A stretch of 32,897 bases of DNA from Magnetococcales bacterium (GTDB lineage Bacteria > Pseudomonadota > Magnetococcia > Magnetococcales > Magnetaquicoccaceae). The stretch is from the NCBI GenBank assembly GCA_015229095.1, contig JADGCE010000014.1, positions 1 to 32,897 on the forward strand, in the 5' to 3' direction. The notes beneath the pieces were generated by a model that saw nothing but the letters and a program-made list of their open reading frames with translations, was not told the DNA's origin and did not search any database. Both the position numbers and the translations under genes were made by a program. This document shows, piece after piece, positions 1 through 7,918 of this stretch (its first letter is position 1; the number at the start of each line of letters is the position of its first letter).

Positions 1-1
1 C

Positions 2-64
2 AAGCAGGAAGCCCTCTATAACGAGAGCTGGTATCAGAGCATCATGGCGGATACCCTTGGTTGA
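2..64 (+). CDS. fccB: 3' end (partial) of a probable flavocytochrome c sulfide dehydrogenase flavoprotein subunit (FccB/SoxF)
   Basis: Frame 2 reads KQEALYNESWYQSIMADTLG-stop (TGA 62-64), resembling the FccB/SoxF C-terminal pattern E..Y..SWY..I..DxxG*. It lies directly upstream of soxY. Only 20 codons are visible. Confidence 0.55.
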   Translation, partial: KQEALYNESWYQSIMADTLG

Positions 65-105
65 GCATTCCGTTTTTTTTGTCAACGCCCAGTTGGAGGC
101 TTGAG

Positions 106-600
106 ATGGTCATGAATCAAAACAATGCAGTCACACGCAGGACTTTTTTCCGCACGGCAGGGGCTGTGGGTGCGGCTGTGGCGACCAGTGGTCTGCTGAA
201 TGTTCCGCTGACCCTGGCGGAAGAGGCTGCGGCTCCGGCCGTGGATGTGGATGCCCTGGTTGCCAAGCAGATGGGGGCCGGAGCCATCGCCATGGAAAAG
301 GTGCAACTGGATATCCCGGCAACGGCTGAAAATGCCGCGTTGGTGCGGATGCCCGTTGTCATCGATCATCCGATGGAGGCCAATAACTTTATCCAGTCGG
401 TGGCCCTGTTTATCGACAACAACCCCAACCCCTTTATCGCCCAGTTTGATTTGACCCCGGAGTCGGGCAAGGCGGCGATCGAGTTTCGTGCGCGCATGGC
501 CAAAAGCTCCAAAGTGCGGGTTGTTGCCAAGAGCAATACCGGCAAATTGTATGGCCTGGTCAAAGAGATCCAGGTGGCAGCGGGCGGTTGCGCCGGCTAG
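106..600 (+). CDS. soxY: Sulfur carrier protein SoxY
   Basis: Tat signal (TRRTFF), P.TAEN.A.V motif, DNNPNP motif and C-terminal swinging arm GGCAG. GGAGG at 95-99 precedes ATG 106, which I prefer over the track's TTG 61. Confidence 0.93.
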   Translation: MVMNQNNAVTRRTFFRTAGAVGAAVATSGLLNVPLTLAEEAAAPAVDVDALVAKQMGAGAIAMEKVQLDIPATAENAALVRMPVVIDHPMEANNFIQSVALFIDNNPNPFIAQFDLTPESGKAAIEFRARMAKSSKVRVVAKSNTGKLYGLVKEIQVAAGGCAG

Positions 601-648
601 TCCCCTGTCAAAATATCCATAACGGTTCAGAGGAAGGATAATCAAATC

Positions 649-987
649 ATGGCAGACGAGATTGGCAGCCCAAAAATTCGCGGTCCCAAGGATCCGGTCA
701 AAAAGGGAGAGGTGGTGGAGTTCAAATCCCTCATCAAGCACCCCATGGAGAGCGGTCTGCGCAAGGACAAGGCGACGGACACCCTGATCCCCGCCCATTT
801 TATCGAAAGTGTAGTGGTGGAGTATGGTGGCAAAACGGTTCTGAAGGCCGTCTGGACCGGGGCCGTCTCCAAGGATCCGTTTTTCTCTTTCTTCGTCAAA
901 GCAGAGGCCTCCGGCCCTCTGAAAATGACCTGGAAGGACAACAAAGGGCAAGCCTTTGAAGCCAGTGCAACCCTCACGGTGGCGTAG
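649..987 (+). CDS. soxZ: Sulfur carrier protein SoxZ
   Basis: KHPMESGLRKD...IPAHFI...VSKDPFFSF...WKDNKG SoxZ motifs, no signal peptide, adjacent to soxY, purine-rich RBS at about 630-637. Confidence 0.95.
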   Translation: MADEIGSPKIRGPKDPVKKGEVVEFKSLIKHPMESGLRKDKATDTLIPAHFIESVVVEYGGKTVLKAVWTGAVSKDPFFSFFVKAEASGPLKMTWKDNKGQAFEASATLTVA

Positions 988-1008
988 GGCGTTGTAGCGT
1001 TGGTGGCT

Positions 1009-1047
1009 GGATTTTTGGGGGGCGTTTCCTTCGGCCCCCTGAAATCC
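1009..1047 (+). terminator. Imperfect GC-rich hairpin after soxZ (possible terminator or mRNA-stability element)
   Basis: GGATTT..GGGGGGC / GCCCCC..AAATCC inverted repeat 21 nt after the soxZ stop; no U-tract. Confidence 0.4.
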
Positions 1048-1327
1048 ACCCCTCCTCCTCCCCAAGCCGGAGTGTGGCCTCCTTTCGCCGTACCCCAGAC
1101 CATTCGGGCCCGGTTCTTTCTCGCGTTCTGGTCTGCTTTCTTGACTTGATCCGCGCCGCGTGGCAAGGGTTTTGGGTTGCGTTCTTTTCAAGGCTGTTGC
1201 ACGCGCGCACCTGTTGCAGCCTGCTGTCGATGTGCGCGCTGACCAGCCCGCAAACACCGAGTCGGTCGGTTATGGCAAGGTTGCGGGGGAAGGCCGAAAC
1301 GGCTGATGGAACACAGGGAGATGCTCT

Positions 1328-2758
1328 ATGAAAACCAGTACACCATGGGATGGCTCTATCCGCGCCCGGGCGGGGTTCTCTTTGTTTGCCCGTCGTGGTT
1401 CGTTCCGATTTTTTTTTCTCCTGGCCCTCTCTCTGCTCTTTCTGCTCCCGAACATGCCGAGGGGATATGCAGAGGGCGCAGCGGAGGGTGCAACGGAGAG
1501 TGGTGAATCGGGCAAGCGTGTCTTCAACGCACTCAGCAAGAACAGTGCGGCCTGTCTCTCCTGCCATCGGGACGACAGCCATGGCCTTGTCCAGCAATGG
1601 GGAGCGTCAAAACACTATGGGGCCAATGTGGGCTGCTACGAGTGTCACCAGGCGGCAAAGGGCGACCCCGATGCCATCATGCACAAAAAATATTTAATCT
1701 CCGTTTTGGTCACCCCGAAAGATTGTGGCCGCTGTCACGAGGTGGAGAACAAGCAGTTTCAGGAGAGTCGTCACGCCAAAGCAGGCAGCACGATGGCAGG
1801 CTCCGCCTCCCATGCCCTGGCGACCCAGGTAGAGAGCAACCATACCGAGGAGGGGGATCAGGCGGCCACGGCAGGTTGTGTGCAATGCCACGGTTCCACG
1901 GTCAAACTCACCCCCAGCGGCAAGCTGCAAGCCAGCACATGGCCCAACTCCGGTATCGGACGCATCAATCCAGACGGCTCCCTCGGAACCTGCACCGCTT
2001 GCCATCAGCAACATGATTTTTCTGCGGCACAGGTGCGCCGTCCGGAGGCCTGCAGCCGCTGTCACCAGGGCCCCTCTCATCCACAAATGGAGATCTACGG
2101 CCAATCCAGACATGGTGCCAGCTTTGCAACCCACGCGCACAAGATGAATCTGGACTCCCCCAAGTGGATCCCCGGCCAGGATTATTATTCCGGTCCCACC
2201 TGCGCCACCTGTCACATCTCTCCCAGCCTGGACGTGGGGATGACCCATAACGTCGACAAGCGGTTGAGTTGGAATTTGGCCCAGCCCATCTCCAAACAGT
2301 CGGAAAATGCGGAAGAGCATCGGAAAGAGATGCAATCCATCTGCATATCCTGTCATACCGAAAGGGTCGTGACCCACTTTTACGAACAGTTTGATGCCGT
2401 CGTTGCCCTGTACAACAGCAAGTTTGGTGAACCAGGCAGTCGTTTGATGGCCGCTCTCCTCAAAGCCGGTCTGCGCAGCGAAAGACCTTTTGACGAAGCC
2501 ATTGAGTGGAGTTGGTTTAAACTGTGGCATCAGGCCGGTCGCCAGGCACAGCAGGGGGCGGCCATGCGCAATCCGGAGATAAGCCAGCAGGGCTTTGCCG
2601 ATGTGGCAGAATTGTTTGAGAGGGATCTGCTGCCCCAGGCAGAGGCGTTGATCAGCAAGGCAGAGGCCGCAGGCCGCAGTGCCGAACTTCAGGAAGTCAA
2701 AAAACTGCTGGAGGAGATCAAAAACGATCCCGCCCGGCAGAGGAAGAATGGTCAATAA
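1328..2758 (+). CDS. Periplasmic octaheme cytochrome c of the hydroxylamine oxidoreductase (HAO) fold
   Basis: Eight CxxCH motifs (CLSCH, CYECH, CGRCH, CVQCH, CTACH, CSRCH, CATCH, CISCH); family motifs WPNSGIGRINPDGS.G.C..CH, GP.HPQ.EIY..S.HG, PTCATCH and LYN.KF; N-terminal hydrophobic signal; GGGAG 7 nt before the ATG. Confidence 0.85.
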   Translation: MKTSTPWDGSIRARAGFSLFARRGSFRFFFLLALSLLFLLPNMPRGYAEGAAEGATESGESGKRVFNALSKNSAACLSCHRDDSHGLVQQWGASKHYGANVGCYECHQAAKGDPDAIMHKKYLISVLVTPKDCGRCHEVENKQFQESRHAKAGSTMAGSASHALATQVESNHTEEGDQAATAGCVQCHGSTVKLTPSGKLQASTWPNSGIGRINPDGSLGTCTACHQQHDFSAAQVRRPEACSRCHQGPSHPQMEIYGQSRHGASFATHAHKMNLDSPKWIPGQDYYSGPTCATCHISPSLDVGMTHNVDKRLSWNLAQPISKQSENAEEHRKEMQSICISCHTERVVTHFYEQFDAVVALYNSKFGEPGSRLMAALLKAGLRSERPFDEAIEWSWFKLWHQAGRQAQQGAAMRNPEISQQGFADVAELFERDLLPQAEALISKAEAAGRSAELQEVKKLLEEIKNDPARQRKNGQ

Positions 2759-2771
2759 ACGCCGGACGCTC

Positions 2772-2791
2772 CCCCCGCCTTCGGGCGGGGG
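2772..2791 (+). promoter_or_regulatory. Intercistronic 8-bp GC hairpin with a C(UUCG)G tetraloop
   Basis: CCCCCGCC-TTCG-GGCGGGGG between the octaheme gene and the CbcL-like gene; no U-tract. Confidence 0.55.
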
Positions 2792-2815
2792 ATGACCGGG
2801 AAGGGTCAACGCTCC

Positions 2816-4813
2816 ATGAAACGACACCTGTTTTTGCTGCTCCTGTTTTGCTGGGGGGTTGTGTGGATGCCCGCCGCTCTGCTGGCTCGTGATGAGCTGG
2901 TGGACGCCATGGAGGCCATGGAACCGTTCAAGGTGACCCAGGAGACCAGCAATGACAAATGCCTCTACTGTCATGAGGTCAAAGGGTTCAGCGTTTTAAA
3001 ATCTCCCGGGCAAAAGCGGCAAAACCTCCACGTGGAGATGGCGACCCTCACCAAGAGTGTCCACAATCGTCAGTTGTGTGTGGAGTGCCACCAGGATATC
3101 TCCCGGGTGCCGCATGAGGAGGGTTCGCGCCGCCGGGTGGATTGTATACGCTGCCACACGGACATGCAGAAAAAATCGGAGAGAGGCTCCGGCAAGAGCG
3201 GAACCTCCTTGCATCGAGTCGCGGAGAGCATCACCCGGTATATGGATTCTGTCCATGCCAAACCCCGCCGGAACGATCCCAGTCGGGCAAACGCCTACTG
3301 CAGCGACTGTCATGGCGGGCACGCCATCTATTCCAAAACCAGCGCGGAGCAAAAAGAGTTTTACATCCGATCGCCCCTGGTCTGTGGCGGTTGTCACCCC
3401 AAGCAGCTGCAGGTGTATGAAAATTCGCTGCATGGCAGTGCCGTGCTGCGTTGGGGGGATGAAAAAAAGCCGGTTTGCGCCGATTGCCATACCACGCACC
3501 AGATCGGCCTTTCCCGGTCAACGGATGCGCAGTTGATCGTGGCAGAGAGCTGCGGCGATTGCCACAAGCAGGAGTATGCAAGCTATGCGGCCACCTATCA
3601 CGGCCAGGTCACGACATTGGGATATGTCAATACTGCTAAATGTTTTGACTGTCATGAATCTCACGACAATAAACGGGTGACGGATCCCACCTCCAAGACA
3701 CACAAAAACAACCGGGACAAAACCTGCAAGGTGTGCCATGCCAATGTTTCTCCCGGATTTTTGACCTTCCAACCCCACGGCAATACGCACGATTTTCAGA
3801 AATACCCCGAAATGTGGCTGGCATCCAAAGGGATGCTTGCCCTGTTGGTCGGCGTCTTTGCGCTGTTTTGGACCCACTCCCTCCTGTGGTTTTTGCGGGA
3901 ACGCAAGGAGAAACAAAGGGGAGAGCATCATGTGTTGCCCAAGGAGGTGCTTGAAGCACCCCCGCCCGCCACAGGCAGCCGGGTTAACGTCCAACGGTTT
4001 CCCGCTCTCTGGCGGTTGGCGCATCTCTGTTTTGCACTCTCTATCATGGTATTGGGATTTACGGGGCTGACGGTGCTGTTTGCCAATGCCTTTTGGGCAC
4101 AAAGTATGGCGCGGTTCCTGGGAGGCGCAGAGGCGATGGCCGTGGCCCACCGGGTGGCCGGCGTGGTGTTTGTCGGGGTCTTTTGCATCCATCTGGTGGC
4201 GGTTCTGCACAAGTTGCTGATCAAAAACAGAAAAACTTTCCAGTGGTTTGGCCCCCATTCCCTGCTGCCCCGTTGGCAGGATCTGTGGGATTTGATCGCG
4301 ATGCTGAAATGGTTTGCCGGCAAGGGAGCGCGGCCCCACCTGGATCATTGGACCTATTGGGAAAAATTTGACTATTGGGCGCCGTTCTGGGGGGTTGCCA
4401 TCATCGGCGGTTCTGGCCTGGTGCTGTGGTTTCCGGCCAAGGCGGGGGAATATCTGCCCGGTTGGATCTTCAATGTGGCCACCATTTTCCACGGGGAAGA
4501 GGCCCTGCTGGCCATCGTGTTTCTCTTTTCCGTACACTTTTTCAACGGCCATTTTCGACCGAGCAAGTTCCCGCTGGACATCATCATGTTTGTGGGCAAC
4601 ATGCCGTTGGAAGAGTTCAAAAAAGAGCGCACGGTGGAATATCAAAGGGCTGTCCGGGAGGGTAAGCTGGAAACGATGATGGTGGAACCACCCTCCCGCA
4701 GGGCACAGCGCTATTCCAGAATTTTGGGGTTCACCCTGTTGGGAACCGGCTTGACCCTGTTGTTCCTGGCCCTTTCAGGTGTTCTGACGGAGATCATCCA
4801 TCTCTTTCTGTAG
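2816..4813 (+). CDS. CbcL/MtrH/MtoC-like inner-membrane cytochrome: nonaheme c domain fused to a 6-TM cytochrome b (FdnI/HydC-like) domain, paralog 1
   Basis: Signal peptide from ATG 2816 (track starts at 2792); nine CxxCH; six hydrophobic helices with His residues (LAHL, AHR, IHL, FHGEEA, VHFF); WTYWEKFDYWA.FWG motif. Confidence 0.88.
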   Translation: MKRHLFLLLLFCWGVVWMPAALLARDELVDAMEAMEPFKVTQETSNDKCLYCHEVKGFSVLKSPGQKRQNLHVEMATLTKSVHNRQLCVECHQDISRVPHEEGSRRRVDCIRCHTDMQKKSERGSGKSGTSLHRVAESITRYMDSVHAKPRRNDPSRANAYCSDCHGGHAIYSKTSAEQKEFYIRSPLVCGGCHPKQLQVYENSLHGSAVLRWGDEKKPVCADCHTTHQIGLSRSTDAQLIVAESCGDCHKQEYASYAATYHGQVTTLGYVNTAKCFDCHESHDNKRVTDPTSKTHKNNRDKTCKVCHANVSPGFLTFQPHGNTHDFQKYPEMWLASKGMLALLVGVFALFWTHSLLWFLRERKEKQRGEHHVLPKEVLEAPPPATGSRVNVQRFPALWRLAHLCFALSIMVLGFTGLTVLFANAFWAQSMARFLGGAEAMAVAHRVAGVVFVGVFCIHLVAVLHKLLIKNRKTFQWFGPHSLLPRWQDLWDLIAMLKWFAGKGARPHLDHWTYWEKFDYWAPFWGVAIIGGSGLVLWFPAKAGEYLPGWIFNVATIFHGEEALLAIVFLFSVHFFNGHFRPSKFPLDIIMFVGNMPLEEFKKERTVEYQRAVREGKLETMMVEPPSRRAQRYSRILGFTLLGTGLTLLFLALSGVLTEIIHLFL

Positions 4814-4832
4814 GCAGCAATCGCAGGGAAGC

Positions 4833-4851
4833 GGGGGGGGCTGCCCCCTCC
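4833..4851. terminator. G/C hairpin between convergent genes
   Basis: GGGGGGGG-CTG-CCCCCTCC stem-loop in the gap between two convergent stop codons. Confidence 0.3.
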
Positions 4852-4873
4852 TCCACTCCCATGATACTCCAGG

Positions 4874-5161
4874 CTACTGGGAACGCCCCAACTCGGCCAG
4901 AATCATTCTTTCGGCCACGTCCGGCAGATCCTGTGCCACCTGCGCGCGGGCCATTTGGCGGGCAATACGGTGGACGCAGGGCAGGAAAGTGGCGCGCACC
5001 AGGTCATCCAATCCTGCCGGCGGTTGCGGGAGCCTCCCCTGCGCCTCTTCCCGTACCACGTTGGCCACCCATTCGGAGAGCCACGGCTCCTTCAGCATGC
5101 CCCGCAACTGCTCTCTGATCAGGCAGGTCAGTTGTTCTTCCAGAGTGCTCTCTTGCACCAT
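4874..5161 (-). CDS. Small helical protein with PopZ/DUF2497-like segments
   Basis: GAGGTGA RBS overlaps the proS stop, 4 nt gap; sequences TLEE..IREQLRGMLKEPWL..V..VVREE and DLPDVAERMILAELGR resemble the PopZ C-terminal helices. Confidence 0.65.
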   Translation of the reverse strand: MVQESTLEEQLTCLIREQLRGMLKEPWLSEWVANVVREEAQGRLPQPPAGLDDLVRATFLPCVHRIARQMARAQVAQDLPDVAERMILAELGRSQ

Positions 5162-5165
5162 ATGA

Positions 5166-6866
5166 TCACCTCACAAGCCCTGCGATATGTTCCATGGCAT
5201 CCGCAATGGCCACCCGTTCCAACCGTGTGCCATCACGGGACTGTATTTCCACCACCCCCTCTTTGAAAGAGCGCCCGCCCACCAGCACACGCCAGGGACA
5301 CCCCAACAGATCGGCATCCTTGAACTTGACCCCTACCCGTTCATCCCGATCGTCCAGCAACACCTCGATGCCAGCGGCCAACAGCTGTTGATAGAGCGCG
5401 TCGGCAGCCGCCCCCTCGGCGTTATCCCTGGGATTGAGCAGCAGCACCTCCACATGAAAGGGGGCCAGGGCCGGAGGCCAGAGAATGCCTTTTTGATCAT
5501 GATGCTGTTCGATGGTGGCGGCGACAATGCGGGAAACACCAATACCGTAACACCCCATGATCAGGGTCTGTTCCACCCCCTGGTCATTCAAGACCCGCAC
5601 CCCCATGGCTTGAGAATATTTATCTCCCAACTTGAAGACATGTCCCACCTCGATGCCCTGATGGCGCAGCAGGTGACCCCCCGCACACCGGGGACAGGGT
5701 TCCCCCGCCTCCACATTGCGCAGATCCACAAACGTGGGCGTCGGCACATCCCGTTCCCAGTTGACATGCTGGAGATGCCAACCCTCCTCGTTGGCACCGC
5801 AGGCAAAATTGCGTGCGGTCCGGAGTTCCCAGTCGGCCAAAATGGGCAAATGGCTGTTCATGGGCCCCAGATAGCCCATGGCCACGTTGGCCAGGCGGGC
5901 CGCACGCTCCGGGTCGGGAAGGGTCACCTGGGGCACACCCAGGGCTGCGGCGGCCTTGATCAGATTCAACTCCCGGTCACCGCGCAGCAGCAGCAGGAGC
6001 GGTTGACCGGCGGCTTCCACCAGAATGGATTTGACCAGGCGCTGGGCCGTGATATTCAAAAACCGTGTGACGGCTTCGATGCTTTTCTGACCAGGCGTGG
6101 CACTCCGCTGCAAGGAGAGCAAAGGCTCCGTGTCGTGTGTGGCCCCTTCACCCGCAACGGCTTTTTCCAGATTGGCGGCATAGTCGCACTGGTCACAGGA
6201 GACAATCACATCCTCTCCCGACTCCGCCAGAACATGAAACTCATGGGAAGAGGCCCCGCCGATGGAGCCGGTGTCCGCCTCCACAGCCCGGAAAGCCAGC
6301 CCGCAACGTTGGAAAATCCGTTGATAGGCCGCATACATGGTTTGATAACTCACATCCAGACCAGTGACATCCAGGTCAAAGGAATAGGCATCTTTCATCA
6401 AAAACTCCCGTCCCCGCATGATGCCAAATCGCGGGCGAATCTCATCCCGAAATTTGGTCTGAATCTGATAAAAATTGGCGGGCAACTGCCGGTAGGAGCG
6501 GATTTCCCGACGGACCAGGTCGGCGATGACCTCTTCATGGGTAGGACCAAAGCAGAATTGCCGTTCGTGGCGATCGACAAAACGGAGCAACTCCTTGCCA
6601 TACTGCTCCCAGCGACCGGACTCCTGCCAGAGTTCTCCCGGCTGTACGGCCGGCATCAACACCTCCTGGGCACCGGCACGATCCATCTCCTGACGGACGA
6701 TCTTCTCCACCTTGCGCAACACCCGCAACCCCAGGGGCAGCCAGGTATAAATGCCAGCCCCCAGAGAACGAATCATGCCTGCCCGCAACATGAGGCGATG
6801 GGAGACAACCTGGGCATCCACCGGTTCTTCTTTGAGGGTAGGAATCAAGGATCTACTGAAACGCAT
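5166..6866 (-). CDS. proS: Proline--tRNA ligase (bacterial type with INS editing domain)
   Basis: SH.LM.RAG, GPTHEE, FRDE.RPRFG.MR.REF.MKDAYSF, GIEVGH.F.LG.KYS, MGCYGIGVSR and anticodon-binding DDRDER.G.KF.DADL.G.P motifs. Confidence 0.98.
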   Translation of the reverse strand: MRFSRSLIPTLKEEPVDAQVVSHRLMLRAGMIRSLGAGIYTWLPLGLRVLRKVEKIVRQEMDRAGAQEVLMPAVQPGELWQESGRWEQYGKELLRFVDRHERQFCFGPTHEEVIADLVRREIRSYRQLPANFYQIQTKFRDEIRPRFGIMRGREFLMKDAYSFDLDVTGLDVSYQTMYAAYQRIFQRCGLAFRAVEADTGSIGGASSHEFHVLAESGEDVIVSCDQCDYAANLEKAVAGEGATHDTEPLLSLQRSATPGQKSIEAVTRFLNITAQRLVKSILVEAAGQPLLLLLRGDRELNLIKAAAALGVPQVTLPDPERAARLANVAMGYLGPMNSHLPILADWELRTARNFACGANEEGWHLQHVNWERDVPTPTFVDLRNVEAGEPCPRCAGGHLLRHQGIEVGHVFKLGDKYSQAMGVRVLNDQGVEQTLIMGCYGIGVSRIVAATIEQHHDQKGILWPPALAPFHVEVLLLNPRDNAEGAAADALYQQLLAAGIEVLLDDRDERVGVKFKDADLLGCPWRVLVGGRSFKEGVVEIQSRDGTRLERVAIADAMEHIAGLVR

Positions 6867-7759
6867 GGCAACTCCCCTTCTTGTCCACCCGCGATGTAGG
6901 CATAGGCGGAATGGTTGTGAATGGATTCAAAATTTTCCGACTCTACGGTAAATAAGGTAATGCGTGCATCCTGTTCCAGATCTGCCGCGATGGCACGGAC
7001 AATATCCTCCACAAAACGGGGATTGTCGTAGGCCCTTTCTGTGACATATTTTTCATCCGGTCGCTTGAGAATGGCATACAGGGGACAGGAGGCATGTTTT
7101 TCAACCAGTTCGATAATCTCCTCGACCCAGATAAATTGCTTGTACCGAAGCGTGACGGTGACATGGGAGCGCTGATTGTGCGCGCCGTAGTCGGCAATCT
7201 CCTTGGAGCAGGGGCAGAGGGAGGTGACCGGCACCGTAACGCCCAGGGTCAGTTGGTAGTGATCTTTTTTGCGCACTCCGGCAAAACGCACCTGATAATC
7301 CATCAAGGCCGACGCCTGGGAGACCGGTGCCTCCTTGCGCATGAAATAGGGAAATTCCAGTTCGATATGCGCCTCTTCCGCATCCAGGCATTGCTGAATT
7401 TTGTGCAAAATATCCGGCAATTTTTCCACGGAAATGGCCTCATTCTGTTCGGCCAGCACCTCCAGAAAACGGGACATGTGTGTTCCCTTGAACTGGTGGG
7501 GCAGATTGACATACATGTTGACCGAGGCGATCGTGTGCTGTTCACCACGATCCCGATCCCGCACCAGAATGGGGTAGCGAATCTCCTTGACGCCCACCTT
7601 GTCGATATTGATCCGCCGGGAATCTGTTTGCGACTGCACATCCTGTAGTGTCTGCCCGTTGGGTGGCGACAAGGGGAGAGGGGGGCTGGTGGCGGGGCTG
7701 TTTTCCTGCGGATTGTTGTCCTGATGTGTGATACCATCCTGCAAATGGAGCGCGTCCAT
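6845..7759 (-). CDS. folE2: GTP cyclohydrolase IB (FolE2)
   Basis: DVQ...D.R, KGTHMSRF, SLCPCSKEI..YGAHNQRS, LKRPDEK.VTE.AYDNP.FVED and ENFESIHNHSA motifs. ATG 7759 with AAGGA upstream is preferred over 7831. Overlaps the proS start by 22 nt. Confidence 0.96.
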   Translation of the reverse strand: MDALHLQDGITHQDNNPQENSPATSPPLPLSPPNGQTLQDVQSQTDSRRINIDKVGVKEIRYPILVRDRDRGEQHTIASVNMYVNLPHQFKGTHMSRFLEVLAEQNEAISVEKLPDILHKIQQCLDAEEAHIELEFPYFMRKEAPVSQASALMDYQVRFAGVRKKDHYQLTLGVTVPVTSLCPCSKEIADYGAHNQRSHVTVTLRYKQFIWVEEIIELVEKHASCPLYAILKRPDEKYVTERAYDNPRFVEDIVRAIAADLEQDARITLFTVESENFESIHNHSAYAYIAGGQEGELPCVSVDP

Positions 7760-7918
7760 GATGATTGCAATTCCTTGTGGCGTCGCGGTGGTCACAAGCA
7801 GGAGGCGGCCTGCTTTGCGTGGGATAGGCAAATCCTTTTATTTAGTGTATCGTGTTTCCCGTCCCATGAGCAAGACGTCAATGCGCGTACATACACCTGA
7901 CAGCCCGACCGGTTGATC

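Noticed and set aside
1074-1331. 85-aa ORF filling the soxZ-octaheme gap
   Set aside because: No RBS or motif and atypical composition; more likely a promoter or leader region.
1328-2758. Calling the octaheme a bona fide hao (nitrification marker)
   Set aside because: It lacks the cross-linking Tyr region and the Asp of the Asp-His pair, and there are no haoB, cycA or cycB neighbours.
5187-6899. 570-aa plus-strand ORF opposite proS (likewise 82-1257, 1694-2974, 12480-13889, 14662-16131, 19225-20919, 24905-26062)
   Set aside because: Antisense shadows of well-supported genes in GC-rich DNA; no recognisable motifs.
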